Below, one piece after another: positions 37,193 to 51,400 of a DNA stretch of 64,000 bases; within the stretch, counting starts at the first letter, position 1, and every line of letters starts with the position of its first letter. The DNA comes from Trichoplax sp. H2 (Eukaryota). The notes below the pieces were generated by a model. The model saw only the letters and a program-made list of their open reading frames with translations. It was not told where the DNA came from and made no database searches. The stretch covers positions 62,001 to 126,000 of the forward strand of contig NOWV01000163.1 of assembly GCA_003344405.1 (NCBI GenBank), in the 5' to 3' direction. The position numbers and the translations under genes are program-made.

Positions 37193-40100
37193 CTAGCATG
37201 ATGTTATAGATATATATAATACATTTAATTGATATGGGAAAAAGAGGAGTGGAAAATAACAATTTGCTTCTCTGTATTTATAAATACTTTTTATTTTCGT
37301 CGCTAATTCTAACAATTAATGAATATTTTAATAATTTAATACCAATTGTCACCCAGGCACGTTGTCAATAGTAAATAGACATTTGTTAGTTAAAATTTTT
37401 GCAATTATACGTGTATATCTACTTGATTTACATATATTCAATAGACGATAGAACACGCTTTAATGCCATAGTATTTACTTAATTCTCTTTTCCAATATTT
37501 ATCTATATCAAGACTGTCTATTCCTAAAATAGTGAGAACATGATTTAGACTTGTTTCTGTCGTGCAAAGTCATTTTTATCATCATCATTAACTTAATTGG
37601 CAATGAATGAATCTTTCTAACATTATACGCGTTATTATTCCACCAATTATTAAATAAAAATAATTTTTATAAAAATTAAAAATTGACATGCTGTTGTGAC
37701 AGGCTAAAAAAATCCAGTGATATCATCAATACTATTGGAAACTAGTCATCACGACTAATGAATGTATAAATAGGGTGGAGAATAAGAGTATATAGCAACA
37801 ATTAAGAGGGCATGCAATTCAAGGAAATCCCAAATGGACGGAATATCGATCAAAAAATAGATTGCTATGATAATAATAATAACGATAATACAATAAAATG
37901 ATGGAAGATAATAGTCAATAAGATAAGAATCTACTTTTAAGTTTAATTTCTGATAATAGTTTAAATTCTTTTCATGAGAATACGTTTATAATAGGTATCA
38001 CCTGTGCTTTTTATTAACATAAATCAATAGTTGATTCCTTTGCCAACAGTTCTATTATCATTTTTATTTAATTCATCGATTTATTTATGTATAACGGCAG
38101 GTTAATGATAACAAAGCTAGCGGGTCAGTATCAACAAAAATACTGTTCTATTTGACGATTAATTATCAATACAAATTCATGAAGGTAAAATAGAGTAAGG
38201 ATTGAAGAAAGGCTGTAGGTGTTCAATTTTATATTATATACGATGTTCAACGTAACAATCATCGATTCAAACTAATTAAATTAACAATTGATCTATTTAA
38301 ATCTAGTAGTATGGTTGTTAGCAGTTGTTACAATTTTAAAGATAAATTATAATTATTTTTATCAATAATAACCACTGGCCATTTCGCAGCATTATGGATT
38401 GTAATGTGAGCATGAAATAGCCAAGTAATGATTCGCTGTACAATAGATAGTAGTATATTAAGGTTTAACTTATAGAGCTACTATCTGATTCGAAATGGAC
38501 TAGTTACGTAGACAGAAACTCTATAGACCTAATTCATTGAGAGATAGTTAAATCGAATTTTATAAGGAGCTTTACCTTAGTAGTTAATTAATCTTTTAAC
38601 TTTGATAGTAATAGTGACTGAGACGAAGTAGCTCATTGAGAAAATTACTCATTATCTGAAAATATCGCTGTTACTAATTATGAAATGATAGCTGTGCATA
38701 AACGTGACATTTTTGTATTCTCTAGGCCAAAGATATTCGACGATATTTAATATTATCAACGGGTGGTGTTTCTCACCATCATGATAAAATTAATCGATAT
38801 TTGTATATATCCTTTCTTTAGTGACAGTAACTCAACTTAGTTTAAAAAGGTATAATTAAAGTTTGATGTAAGGTAATGATCGCGCATATTAACTATATAG
38901 CTGTTTTAGCATAATAAAAATTGAACTATTATGGATCGTCAATACTGAAAGACATCGAATTACTTATAACATAAAGCTTACTACATTAACAACATGTAGG
39001 ATTAATATTTTCGCTGTCTTATGAAAGTCAGACAGGCCGTAACACTTTGCATTACTTATAAAGCAAGGGTTAATTGAGCAAATAAAGAAGAATATATGGA
39101 TAACTTAAGGGTAAATATAGCACAGTTATAATAGCAAATGATGCAGGCGTTCAATTGTCTTTATAGAAAATGAATCACTTTACATATTTAAATGTCACAG
39201 TATGGTTGTGTTTCAAAATTATTAAATTCCACTTTAGTAGTAACATTGTAACCCATCATCACTAGATTAGTTGGAGCTGGAAGGAACATTTGTTGGCTTT
39301 TAATAATGGAATAAAAAATGAATATAGTTAATTTTTGTGGATTTAATATTTGATTTGTTGAGCTTAGAAATTAGAACATTCGTCGAGTAGCATATAGATA
39401 ACTGATCATTTGATTAGTATTATTTCTATGTATTCTATTTCCGAAGCATATTAACAATCTTATTTAACTGTACGGATAGGATTCAAAGTTGCCTATTTAC
39501 TATAGTGAAATATCATCAAATTGTAAGAATATTTAGTAACATTTAAAAAAGAGCTATGGTAATTTGTAACTGGATACTGTTGGCAGTTTTGATTGTCTAA
39601 GATGATGTGGATTAAAGTTCTATAATTAGATCTACTTAAAAAATAATACGTTGGTAAAATAATAAGTGTTGCGTGAAGTGGAAGTGGTGCTAAGTTATCG
39701 TTGAGCAGTTTATCACCTACTGAGATGGATTTAAAAATGGTGATTACTAATTCCTGATAAATGCTACAAATAAATAGCTGTATTAAATTAATTGTTCTTT
39801 ATTCCAACTAGGAGAGCGTTTAGCATCATTTTCGTAAAATATATCTTATGCTACCAGACCCAAGTTAAGAGAAAGCAAGACTCTTGAATTGTTCAGGCTA
39901 AGTCCGATTTAGGCAATACGAGTAGGATCTGTTGCTCGTTTACATTTTCGTCTAGCCACTAAAATAAATATTATGATGATCAATTGATTAGACTTTGTTG
40001 CGTTGGTAATAAAGGCAAAAATCAGTACTGTAAATTTAATAAACTGTACTATCAATCAGCATTTTAAATTGAGATTGATTTCATTAATTTGATGGAGTGA

Positions 40101-41453
40101 TGATTTCAGGGTGAAATTGATCTACACACGAACATTCTACGTCGTGCAAGAAGAACTTGATAGAATTCAAGCTAATAGATAAAGGATAGATTGTATTGAA
40201 AAGGAATGACAGCTTGCTAATGCACGCTATAATTACAATATAATATTATCTATAGCTCTAATTGCCTCCATAATCAAGATAAGATTGATAGTAGTTGAGA
40301 TAAGACGTTACGCTTTCTATTGTAATTATCTTTGTCCTAGATAATAAATAACTTTTATAACCAGAAAATAACCTCAATAGCTGATGTTGGCATAGAATGA
40401 GACTTATTTATCAACAATTTAATTGTTATGTTAATATCATTGAGTTCGATATTAAACAATCGGCGCTTTTTTAGAATGATCGCATTCGGTTACTCCGTTG
40501 TTTCGTTATTTTAAGTTTATTTTATTGTTCTCAATTTTGTCTTTCTTATAGGTTTGTTGTATTACATAAGCGAGAAGAAACTTTACGTGCCAACATGATC
40601 CATTTTTCTCTCATGACTTTAATCTGTACTAAATTCTCGCATTGTATTTAAGTGTAGCTGAATGCAAACAAGTTTGCATAAGAAATTCCAATCATACTTT
40701 AAGTAAATCGATTAAATTTAGTCACATTAGACAGAAGTCAGCTTGAATAGTCTAATTTGTTCTTTTCCAATCTTCAAAGGATTTTATAAAATTGGTTGTG
40801 TTACACTAATAAGATGAGTATTGATTACTGTAAGGAGTAAAAGTACATCTATTAATAATCCATAAACAGTCACTATTATTTTTATCTATCAAATGGACAT
40901 ACGTAGAATGAAAGGAATGAGATCATATTGTTCACAAGCATCGGATGATTGCTGGATTTGCTTTATTATGACAGGCCTAGAATAAATTTGACGAACTAAT
41001 TGGACATTGTTTTACATGCTGACGACAATTCTCAATGTATGAACAGAATAACGATAATGCAAGACAGAGGTTTGATTACGGATCTTATCTGTCATTAATA
41101 GACTGTGTAACTGTTATATATATCCTGCGGCAATCATTAAAAACATAATCCGGTGCTTTTATAATATCAAGATAATAGTGCCTAGAGTACTAATGTAAAA
41201 CCAACATAGATCTGACTTTATCTTCAAATAGCTTTAATAAAATAACCTTAATACTTTTAACCGTAAAAACTTTCTCTGATTCATACTTAATGCAATATAA
41301 TGTAGTAGATATGATATACTTTTAAGGGCGGAATTTCTTTATCTATAGGCTGATCATTTACGAGACCTCTGCTTTTATATTTAATACTCTTGTAATTCAC
41401 TTTTGTTCTTTCGTAGTCTGAAGTGTAAATTTAGTTTTAAGAAAGTAGCACTC

Positions 41454-42449
41454 TGTAATGTAACTTAGTATTGTGATTGTAGACTATTAGCCATGTTTAG
41501 TATAATGTACGGTAGATACTTATCTTAAGAGATATTTGGTAGCTATAACTATAGACTGTAGTGGTATAGACTCTACGATAGAGTACAGATGACTATATAC
41601 AGTAAGGTGTAGAGCTACTAATAAGGTTATAGGTAAAAAATAGAACTGTAAATTATATATTAGGATATGGTTAATTCATTGTACTTTGGCTGGTGCGAAT
41701 AATGTCTACGTAAGTACTGTAGTCGTATCCGCGAATAATTGTAGCTGGGAATGCTACGAAAAGTATAAAAGCATGCAACTCTAGATTATTCCGTTAGTTC
41801 GCTGTAGAAGTCCTTAGTAGTAGTATTTGGCTAGAGTAGAGCTGTGTGTAGTTAATCTTAGTATAAGATTCAATAAAGCTCTTATTTTTCTAAANNNNNN
41901 NNNNNNNNNNNNNNTTGTAGACTATTAGCCATGTTTAGTATAATGTACTGTAAATACTTATCCTAAGAGATATTTGGTAGCTATAACTATAGACTGTAGT
42001 GGTATAGACTCTATGCTAGAGTACAGATGACTATATACAGTAAGGTGTTGAGCTACTAATAAGGCTATAGGTAAAAAATAGAACTGTAAATTATATATTA
42101 GGATATGGTTAATTCATTGTACTTTGGCTGGTGCGAATAATGTCTACGTAAGTACTGTAGTCGTATCCATATCAGATTAATGATGGTCCGCTGTAAAATA
42201 GTGTTACTAAGAATAATTTAACTATTTGTAAAATAAGGTAAAAGATTGTCATGCGGATTGTAGCTGCGAATGCTACGAAAAATATAAAAGCATGCAACTC
42301 TAGATTATTCCGTTAGTTCGCTGTAAAAGTCTTTAGTAGTAGTATTCGGCTAGAGTAGAGCTGTATGTAGTTAATCTTAGTATAAGATTCAATAAAGCTC
42401 TTATTTTTCTAAAATTTGGAATTTCGTTATCTGTATACAGTATATCACA
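41454..42449 (+). mobile_element. LTR retrotransposon insertion with 5-bp TSD CACTC: two LTR copies separated by an assembly gap (collapsed full-length element, or two alleles of a solo LTR)
   Basis: CACTC (41449-41453), then TGTAAT...41894, 20 N, 41915...TATATCACA, then CACTC (42450-42454). Both halves match 34387-34938; the left copy lacks ~81 bp. Confidence 0.85.
41895..41914. other. Assembly gap (20 N)
   Basis: Run of N. Confidence 1.
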
Positions 42450-45400
42450 CACTCCAATGACAGCCATCTTTTGCTAATTATTTATCGAAGCTTACAGTAG
42501 GATTGAGATTCTGTATTATTGATGTTTACACTTATCTTTTACAAGTAGTTCAAGGCTTTATTAATAGCTTGGACAATCATTTCACGATTAATATTTAAAT
42601 GATGCAGATAGCTTTCTGTTCTGGTAAATGGTACATAATAGACCACGGTTGTAGACTCAAACATAAAATGTCTACATTTTATGTGTCCCACAGCTTAAAA
42701 ATTAATCAGTACCATTTTATACAACTTTTGTTATCTTTCGATATTATTTCTTGTTTTACAGTTAGATCCTATTATTTCATATTAGTTAAATTTGTATATG
42801 GCTACTAGTTATAATCATTTTTAAATATAACAAAAAATTCAGTCATTAAAGGCTATAAGTAGCATTAATATTTAACTCAATTAAATTATAATGGTTGTTT
42901 ATTCATCTTTTAAGGTGAATTTTTCCCATTGTTGTTAATGTTTCTAATATTAGTAATGTCATAGCTCAATTTTAAATGTTTACTATTAGCTCTCTGACTT
43001 TTCTTTCTGTCAAGTTTTAGATAGAGCATATCAAGTTCTATCATTTAGCTTGCTATCCACTGTACTTCTGTTAAAAATTAAGGATGAGAAATTGATACAG
43101 AGTATGAGGTATCGATAACCAAAATTTGTATGAAACTTACCATGATAGTATAAAGCACAATTTTTTTATGAATATGAATGTTAAGCGGGTAATTCTACTC
43201 GATATTCCTTTACAACTACATTAGCTGGTCGGGCTTTATTATAATAAGTGATAGTGAGAATATAAGACTCTTATCTTGGTCGAAGTAAAAATAAAAGCAC
43301 AGATATGAAGTTTATATCAATATTTATTGATCATTTTATTATTATGAATTAGCGTGCTGATCCAGCAAATTTATTTTAGCTTCCAGGCTGTTTGTAAATT
43401 AGCTTTAACGATATATAACATGCTAATGCGCAAGATAGTAGGCCATAATAGCTTAGGTGAAATATATGCCAAAGTCTTGTTTTCTGTTTAATTAATGTTG
43501 CCAAAATATGTAATATTAACTAAAGCATCTAATGATGACCAGTAGCTGACCATTGCATATACGATTTAGGAATGGCTTAAGAATTAACTGTGAATTACCG
43601 ATTACAAAATTAATTTGTATTGTATAAGATTGTAAAAATTATATAAAGTGAATTTTAAATTTGTTATTGCCGTACTAATATCAGTAAATTGCCTACGTTG
43701 TTCTCTTTAAACATTAGTCATTTTATTCAAGCGTTAAAAACTATATTTTTGGTACAATTCAAAGTAAATGTCATGGCTTAATAAATATTTAAAAATCTAG
43801 AAAATTTATACTAGAATTTAAATGAAGTTGTGATGGAATTTGAACCACTATTATTCTAAAATAGCTTAAATGTTAATTTTAAAAATAAATACCACAAAAT
43901 GATTATATGATTTGACAAAATTTTAATTATCATATTGCCAATTAATTTTTAACTTAAGGTCTTCGCAATAATTGTGGATTGAAAATCTGTTCAAGAGGGC
44001 GCTGTGTCTACATGTTAGGGAAATCTTGCCTTCCATAGATCAAAGGGCTTTTCTATATGAATAGATGTTTAGATGTGAACGTATTTGTAAAGCTTTCAAT
44101 TATTGGCATAAACAAGCATGTATATTATACAACTATTAATTGTTAAGGTGTATTAAATTTATAATTATCCAGTAATAAGAATAGTTTGGAAGTAATTTTA
44201 TATAGGTAAATAACTCAATTTATTTTTATTTTATGAAATAATAATTATCATTCCAGGAAATGTTATCTTTTACTTCAGGAAAATCATACTTTCACTATGG
44301 TTTCTAATTCAATTCATTCCCTTGTATTTTATTTTCACATAGTATTAATATAAATTTACAACAAAATATTTTATGTGCTTAATAAAGTTATTTGGTAGTT
44401 TATTCTTCCTGGTAAATGTAATTACTACGATAGCTGAATTGAAAGTGCTTATTGAATTTGAAAGATTGCATAACGCTGTTTTAAATGTCTTCCTAGAATG
44501 AAAAAAATATTGTCTAATCATAAGGCAATTAATATTTAAAGATACTGCAGGATTATAATCATCATGATGTTCCATACGTTGCAGTTTCTTTTTGTCTATA
44601 AATTGCTTCAATATTAGAAAACAGGTTTATTTATTACTTGCCTTATTTGGTAGTGTTATCTTCTCCACTGCTAGATGGAATTTTAATTATTGATGGCTAT
44701 TTGCGAATATGTTAATGAATAATAGATCAACTGGCGTCTGCAGTGAAAGCCAGGGTGAAATTTATTTCCGTCCAGCTTCATAACAGTTTGATATAAATGT
44801 AGTTTCTAATTTTTGTTCCAATGACCGCATGAGTCACTTTTATATACTAATCTAAGCTATGTAAGGTAATGCAGTAAGAGAGATAATTGAATAGCTACAG
44901 ATTAACTTGATATTATGAGTTCTAGTTGGAAATCAGTCGCAATCGCTTCAGAGGAATAAGACGGTTTTAACTTTTAGACTGGTTGGTAATAACTTTTGAA
45001 TGCATCTACCACGTATTTAAAATCTCATTGGTAAAGATCTGATAGTCATGAAAAGAAAATAAGTTATCTTCATCATCAAATAATTATAATTATTGATGAC
45101 AGTAACTTGAAATATTCTAATGATAATCGGGGCGATTCCAGCAATTTGTAGAAAAACTTAAACATTAGAAAAATACAAGTCAATCGTACTCGATAGATCC
45201 TTCTTGATATAGTAGTACGGTACCAATAAATTACTCTAATGAATTTGTTTGAGTAATTGAATTAGGTAAAACGTTCATAAATGCCTAAAGGTTATCTTAA
45301 CTATATATAATTGTCTTACTTAAGTGATTGACATTCTATTGATACCTTTAGGATAATGGTATTTTAAATTCCAACATAAACGGTTAAAAGACATTTCACT

Positions 45401-48400
45401 AATAAGTGCTAATTCGGTAAACTTTTACGCACATTGCTGCTAGAGGATTAAGGTGAAGGTAGATTTTACTAAACTAGCAGACTATCATTAAATATCTGCT
45501 ATAAATAATTAATGAACAGTTGACTGAATATGTAATTTTGTTAAATGCAGGCGATACAATAATTCCGCTATTATAAAATTTGCCATCAGGATGCCGTTGT
45601 ACTTCCAACAATAATAACGAATGATGGAAAATTATCAATTTTGTCTTTTCTATGTGGCAGATTTTAATCAGCTGCAACTTTAGGGCCTTAAAAGTATGAA
45701 TAAGTTCTATTTAATAATGTGAATGCTATATGTGTCCTTTGGCTTATATCAACCATAAAAAGCAATAAACATTATTGCATATAGAAATATTAGGCGGCTA
45801 TGTTCTAAAGCTTCTTATATAAATTGATATTGCGTAGCATCTTTCGTCTTGAGAATTACAGAATTACTAAGATCAATTAATCTTATGGCTTAAGAGATCG
45901 GTAAATAAGCACTCTTTAAAGTGAATTATGTCTTTAAAAATATTTCTATTTCAATTTTTGATGGGGTTCAGAAGGTATAAACACGTGGATTCATTTAATT
46001 TTATTCACCATTGCCGATAAGAATATTTGAATAAAAGAGATCTTTATGTTTCCTATTGGAAGTAAATTTGTTTGATCGCTTTCCATTCTAATCTCAATGT
46101 ATTTTAAATAGCTTGTATATTGCATTATTTGTAAAGTTAATGTATCATTTGCTACACTTTTTGATTCTAAATTTCATTAATGAATGAAATGAGATGGAAA
46201 AGTCCATATATTATATGTAAATTACGCAAGATTCCAGAGATTCTTCCATTCTTTATTTTTAACAACAAGGAAGTAAAATTCTTATATTTTCTTATATTGG
46301 AACTGTTGACAATCAACTTTATTCAATCTAGTTATAAAGGTGCTGCCAGTAAAGTCTGAAATATCTTAAATCAGGTGTAAAGAACTTGTTGTCATCTTAT
46401 GGTATATAAATTTTTAAACTGGGTGCCTAAGGATCTGGTTTGAAATGTGGAGAAGAGTTCTGAAAACCTGGATTTAAAATTTTTTGATGAGGATTAGCAC
46501 TCAAATATAATGTATAAGTTACGAAAATCTGTGCTTACTGTAATCTGTGTGCTTGTAAGATATCATTAAGCGTAGACCAATATTAAATCGTTGTTAAATT
46601 ATCGATTAGAGGAATCCTTAAAGCTAAATACTTAATTTCCGTTAAAAGAACTTGGCAGTTACAATCATAATAAAAAGACATTTATTTTGAATATGGACAA
46701 TATTTACTATGCATAAATAACTTCAAAATAGATTCCAGAGGCTATTTTCTCACGACTCAATAGAATTTTAATGATTTGGTGATTGATATCGATCAATTCC
46801 GTAATTGATAGCTTTCTATAGGTTTTAATATAATTTAAATGTTAATTAGATTGCGTCATATTTATTAAAAGCAAAGCGGATAAATATTGATAAATTTAGC
46901 TGGAACTTTTTTAATATCGATAGTAGTAAGAAATGCCAGTTAGAAGATGAAGAATTCATACCTTAACCATTGCTACTTTAAATAACAGTTTAAATTCAGT
47001 TTACAACTTAAATTGATTTTATAGTAACGGTGTAAATTGATTAAGTATCAGATATCCAGTCGTTTTAAACATCAATACAAGTGCTGATTCATTTTTAGTA
47101 AATGTCTTTCCTATAGCATAGAACCTTTGTAACGATATAAAATATTTAATAAGCGCATTTGGAAATTTTTACCGAATAATTAAAAAATTGGCATTTGAAT
47201 AATATCCCCCAATTATATTGAATAACTTTATGTAACTGTTATCTTATTTTAACAAATGTGATCTTCGTTATATTTCTAACTTGATTTATAATAAAAATAG
47301 CATAACTGATAATTATATGATGCGATTTCTAATGTCAAGATAAGCTGGTAAAAAATAATTAATTGAGAGAAAGTTAAAATAAGCAATAGGTTACTCTTCG
47401 TTAAATTTATGAATTATAATTAAATTGATGCCGTCTAATTTAGAAATTGAATTAGATTGTAAAAATATCTTCGATCATATTTAATGGAACTTTAGTGAAT
47501 AATCATTAGTGCATTACCGCATGAAAAGATTGCATGCGTTGCAGGCAACGATTAATTCCTAACTATACTAGTCTTTCGTTATTAGGTGTTGCAATGCGCA
47601 CAGTATAAATACCAGCGTAGGTGAAAGTAGGTTGTAGAACTGCATCAAAAAGCCTGAAAAGTTGCGGTAACAAGGTGTCTTGGTACGAACTACCGTGAAG
47701 AAGCAGCTATCTAAATTTGGTTAATATAATATAGTGATAATATATTACAACTAGTTACTTACAATAGAAATTACTCTAATTGTAAATGTGTTACAGCAAA
47801 TTTAATGCTGTGCTGTAATGTGCAATGAAGTGATTCTGTGAATGGATGGACATGTTGTAGTCCGACTGTGGAAAATTAGTTAGTAGATGTCCTCACCTAA
47901 GTATTTGTATAAGATGACTCATGAATGTTAGCTGCTGTAGAAGGGTATATAAGCCTGTCAGATAGTTGAATAAATTAGTTCTCAATTGTCTAGTTAAGTT
48001 TAACGTAGAATCAAAGGCGTCTAAATCCTTGTGAGGTAGTTAAGGGATACTGAATCCCGGAGACTATAGTATTTGTTTTACGTTATTCTTGTCACGAAGC
48101 TGGTTTGTGACACAAGGGTTATTTACTATTTGATAGCAACATTAAGTAGGAGTAACAGATAAAGGCAGCATTAGTAATTTTAGATATTCGTGACTATTTG
48201 AGTAAGAGTAAACGTCAAAGGTAGAATCAACATCTGACGATATTAGTCGCTTGCTTAAATTCAAATGTATATTGGATAGCTTAGAATTTATTTTCCCTAC
48301 CCATTATTGACAGCTATACTGCTAATCTACTATTGCTTTCAAAGTAATGCCAACATCAATGTTATAGATTCTGCTGTATGGTATCTGTACTAAGTTAAAA

Positions 48401-51400
48401 TAGGATTCTGATTATGGATGGACTCTAGACAATGAAGTATTTGTCAATTCAGTAAAATTGTAAAGCTGAATTTACTAGTTTGAGATCTTTCAAGATTAAA
48501 GATATAATCATATTCTTAAGGCATGGAGACAAATTGAACTGTATACATCTTGCGTCGATGAATAACTTTATTAATAAATTAATATTTGGTAAATTTTAAT
48601 TCAGCACAACTAATAGTGTTAAACAGTATATGATAGCAGATAGAGTTATCAAGAAAAGTTTATAATCTAAAAATTAGGCATTTCTTATTACATTCATATC
48701 GATAGCCAGTCATGATTATTATTCCATGAATAAATATCCAATGCGGTAGTGGATATTTATAGAAGGTTGTAGTTTGATACTCGATGAGAATACCTACCTC
48801 CGTATTATTTGAGGTCGATAAAGAATGAATTTCCTTTAGTACCACTATAGTTGCCAAGATACTGAACCCTTGCAGAGTTTTCTAACATTTTAAGTTTTCA
48901 AGTGTAGTATAATAAGAAAGAAACCAGATGCTTTCGAACACAATGTATCAGCCTGTTTTTTACATGATAAAGGCGAGAGTAAAAAAGTTTTTGACAGTGG
49001 CTCAAGAATTGATAAAGTGTGTAACGAAGGTTAACGTATTTTTTATTAATATCTGTTCTTTATTTCATCATACATTTATCACTACTATTAAATCTTCAGT
49101 AAAGGAATAAAAATTTATTTCCTGCCTCATTTTCAGTTTTAAACATGCTAGAAAGTTACATACGTTTAACTTACCATGCATTTGTAATTCATGGTTGGGA
49201 ATAAAACGCTCAAAGGTGAGCAGACTTGCTTTGAAATGATGTTATCAGAAGTTATGCCTATGTTTATAGCCTGTACAGTATATTTCTCTGATGATATATT
49301 TGAAAACAGAAAGAATGTCTTAAATGTGTTGCATACCAATTCGTAATAGCTTCGTAAAATTTAGTCGATTTCGTTAACAAAGCTCTTTGTAAATTAGACT
49401 GTCTATTTAATTTACGCCTTATTATGACTATACAATTGCCTTTCTATAGTGTTTTATGTTTTAAACGAAATTGGCTTAAATATATCGGCCTTATAGTTGT
49501 AGTGCGTTCTTATATTGCCGCTCCCAAAATAGCTTCACACAGTAGATTTTAGGAAGTCGCTAACGATATGCTTTACATAATTGTAAGATTGAGACTGTGT
49601 GAGAGATGTCGATTAAACGAAATCTTAAGAATGTATTGAGAGTGCAGTTGATTAGATAGTCACATTAAATAATGTAGCATTGTTTGGGAATGTCTTATTA
49701 AGATAATTGGACACCAGAGATTATGCCAGTAATTTGATTCTACAGTTTCTTAATCTTGATTTTGTTAGAAGTAGCAGTTAATGTAATCAAGTGAACACAA
49801 TAACTTGCCTAAATTTGATCATTTCTGATTTTGAGGTGCTTTATCGCACTTCTCTACAACTGTAGAGTTTGTACAAAGATTGATTTTCACGGCGTTTGCA
49901 TATAATAGTTTAAAAAGTACCAGAATGGTATCGTACTGAATAAGTTATAAATTAATACCCTACCGTAATTCAATCAAACTTATGCTTCGTTGAAAAATGA
50001 AAGTTATAAACCCTACTTGTAAAGTGATACAGCTGCTAGCCAGTAAGGTTTGTGATAATATCCGTATCTTAGATTAGATTAATCTTTATCAATTAGTTTA
50101 TCTTTTTATTTATTGACGCCATTAAGGTGTGTCTAGAGTTTATTAGTCTACCTAATATGCAGGTCATATCATTGCTATTCTTATTGTTACTGATCAAAAT
50201 TTGTAACAGGAAAAGTTAAAACTCCTACAGAAACTAAGTTTATGATCCTATGGTGAGATTTGTCCTACTCGATATCGACTTACGGTACGACTCAAAATGT
50301 CAACTATCTACTATCGTCAAGAGGAATAGTAACCACTAACAGCCCTTTAGACAAAGGTGAACCCAAAATTGATTGAGAATTCAGTCAATTTGTAGTAAGT
50401 TTACATCACAGTTAATAGAATTATGTATTTCTGGATGTTACACCAGGTTGAAGCATATTAGCTATTAGTGGGTTTCCGCTTAATGATATCAGCAAATTAA
50501 ATTCAGATAAATAGGCAATTTGAAAATGTTCTATAATAAGTTACTTTTGATAAATCAAAGCTAAATATATTTCATATGCCCAGTCTGTAATACGCGAATA
50601 AATCTAAATAATGATTTCAAATGATCACTTTAAATATCTTTTCTTTAAATAGACTATGGTAAACTATGGTGTGATTAACGGACACTTGAATTTGAATTTA
50701 TCTGCGTTTCTTATGTGTTTTATTATATCGCATTAAATTTATTAAATAATCGATTTATAATTGGGTGAAGAAGGAATTTGAAATACTGGAAGGGTGACTA
50801 TAAATCTTAGAAAATGAATTATAGCCAGATAGATATGAGTAAAGTAAACTTTAACTAAAAATATGTATGTGTTTGATTTAATTTAGCCGTTTCAAATGAA
50901 GAAACCTCCAAAGCATTGTAAGCGTATTTTATCACCGCGTTAAATGGCATACAGTCGTGTAGTTTCTAGGACTCCTATCGAAGGAGCTGGTCATGTAGTA
51001 ATTATTATACTGTAGCTACCTGACTTAGACTATTCTGTAGTAATTTGAGTCATTAAGTAAAATATTGAGATATTTAAGAAAAGATGCTACAAAATTAATG
51101 GCAATTCATTATTTAAGGACTCATTTTCAAGAGTAAATCAGTTTTTTGGCTAGATTTTATGTTCTTTTAATTTTTGAATCGTTATTAAGAGCTGCCTAGC
51201 TTTTGAGGTAAAATAAGGCGATCTAGACAAATTTCTACTTTTCTTTCAATATAATAAAGTGTTTTATAGGACTTTACACTTTGAAATTGCAGTGTATTAC
51301 TAATTGTGTCTTAGGTATTAAGTGTTAACTGCTTAATTTTGGTATGATTAATCTTTTTCGACTTCCATGGAAGACAAAAAATATCATGTAAGTATGATTT

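Noticed and set aside
34387-42449. A single LTR element that captured Trox-2 between its two LTRs
   Set aside because: Each site has its own matching TSD pair (ACAAG versus CACTC), and no PBS or PPT lies next to the 34-kb copy.
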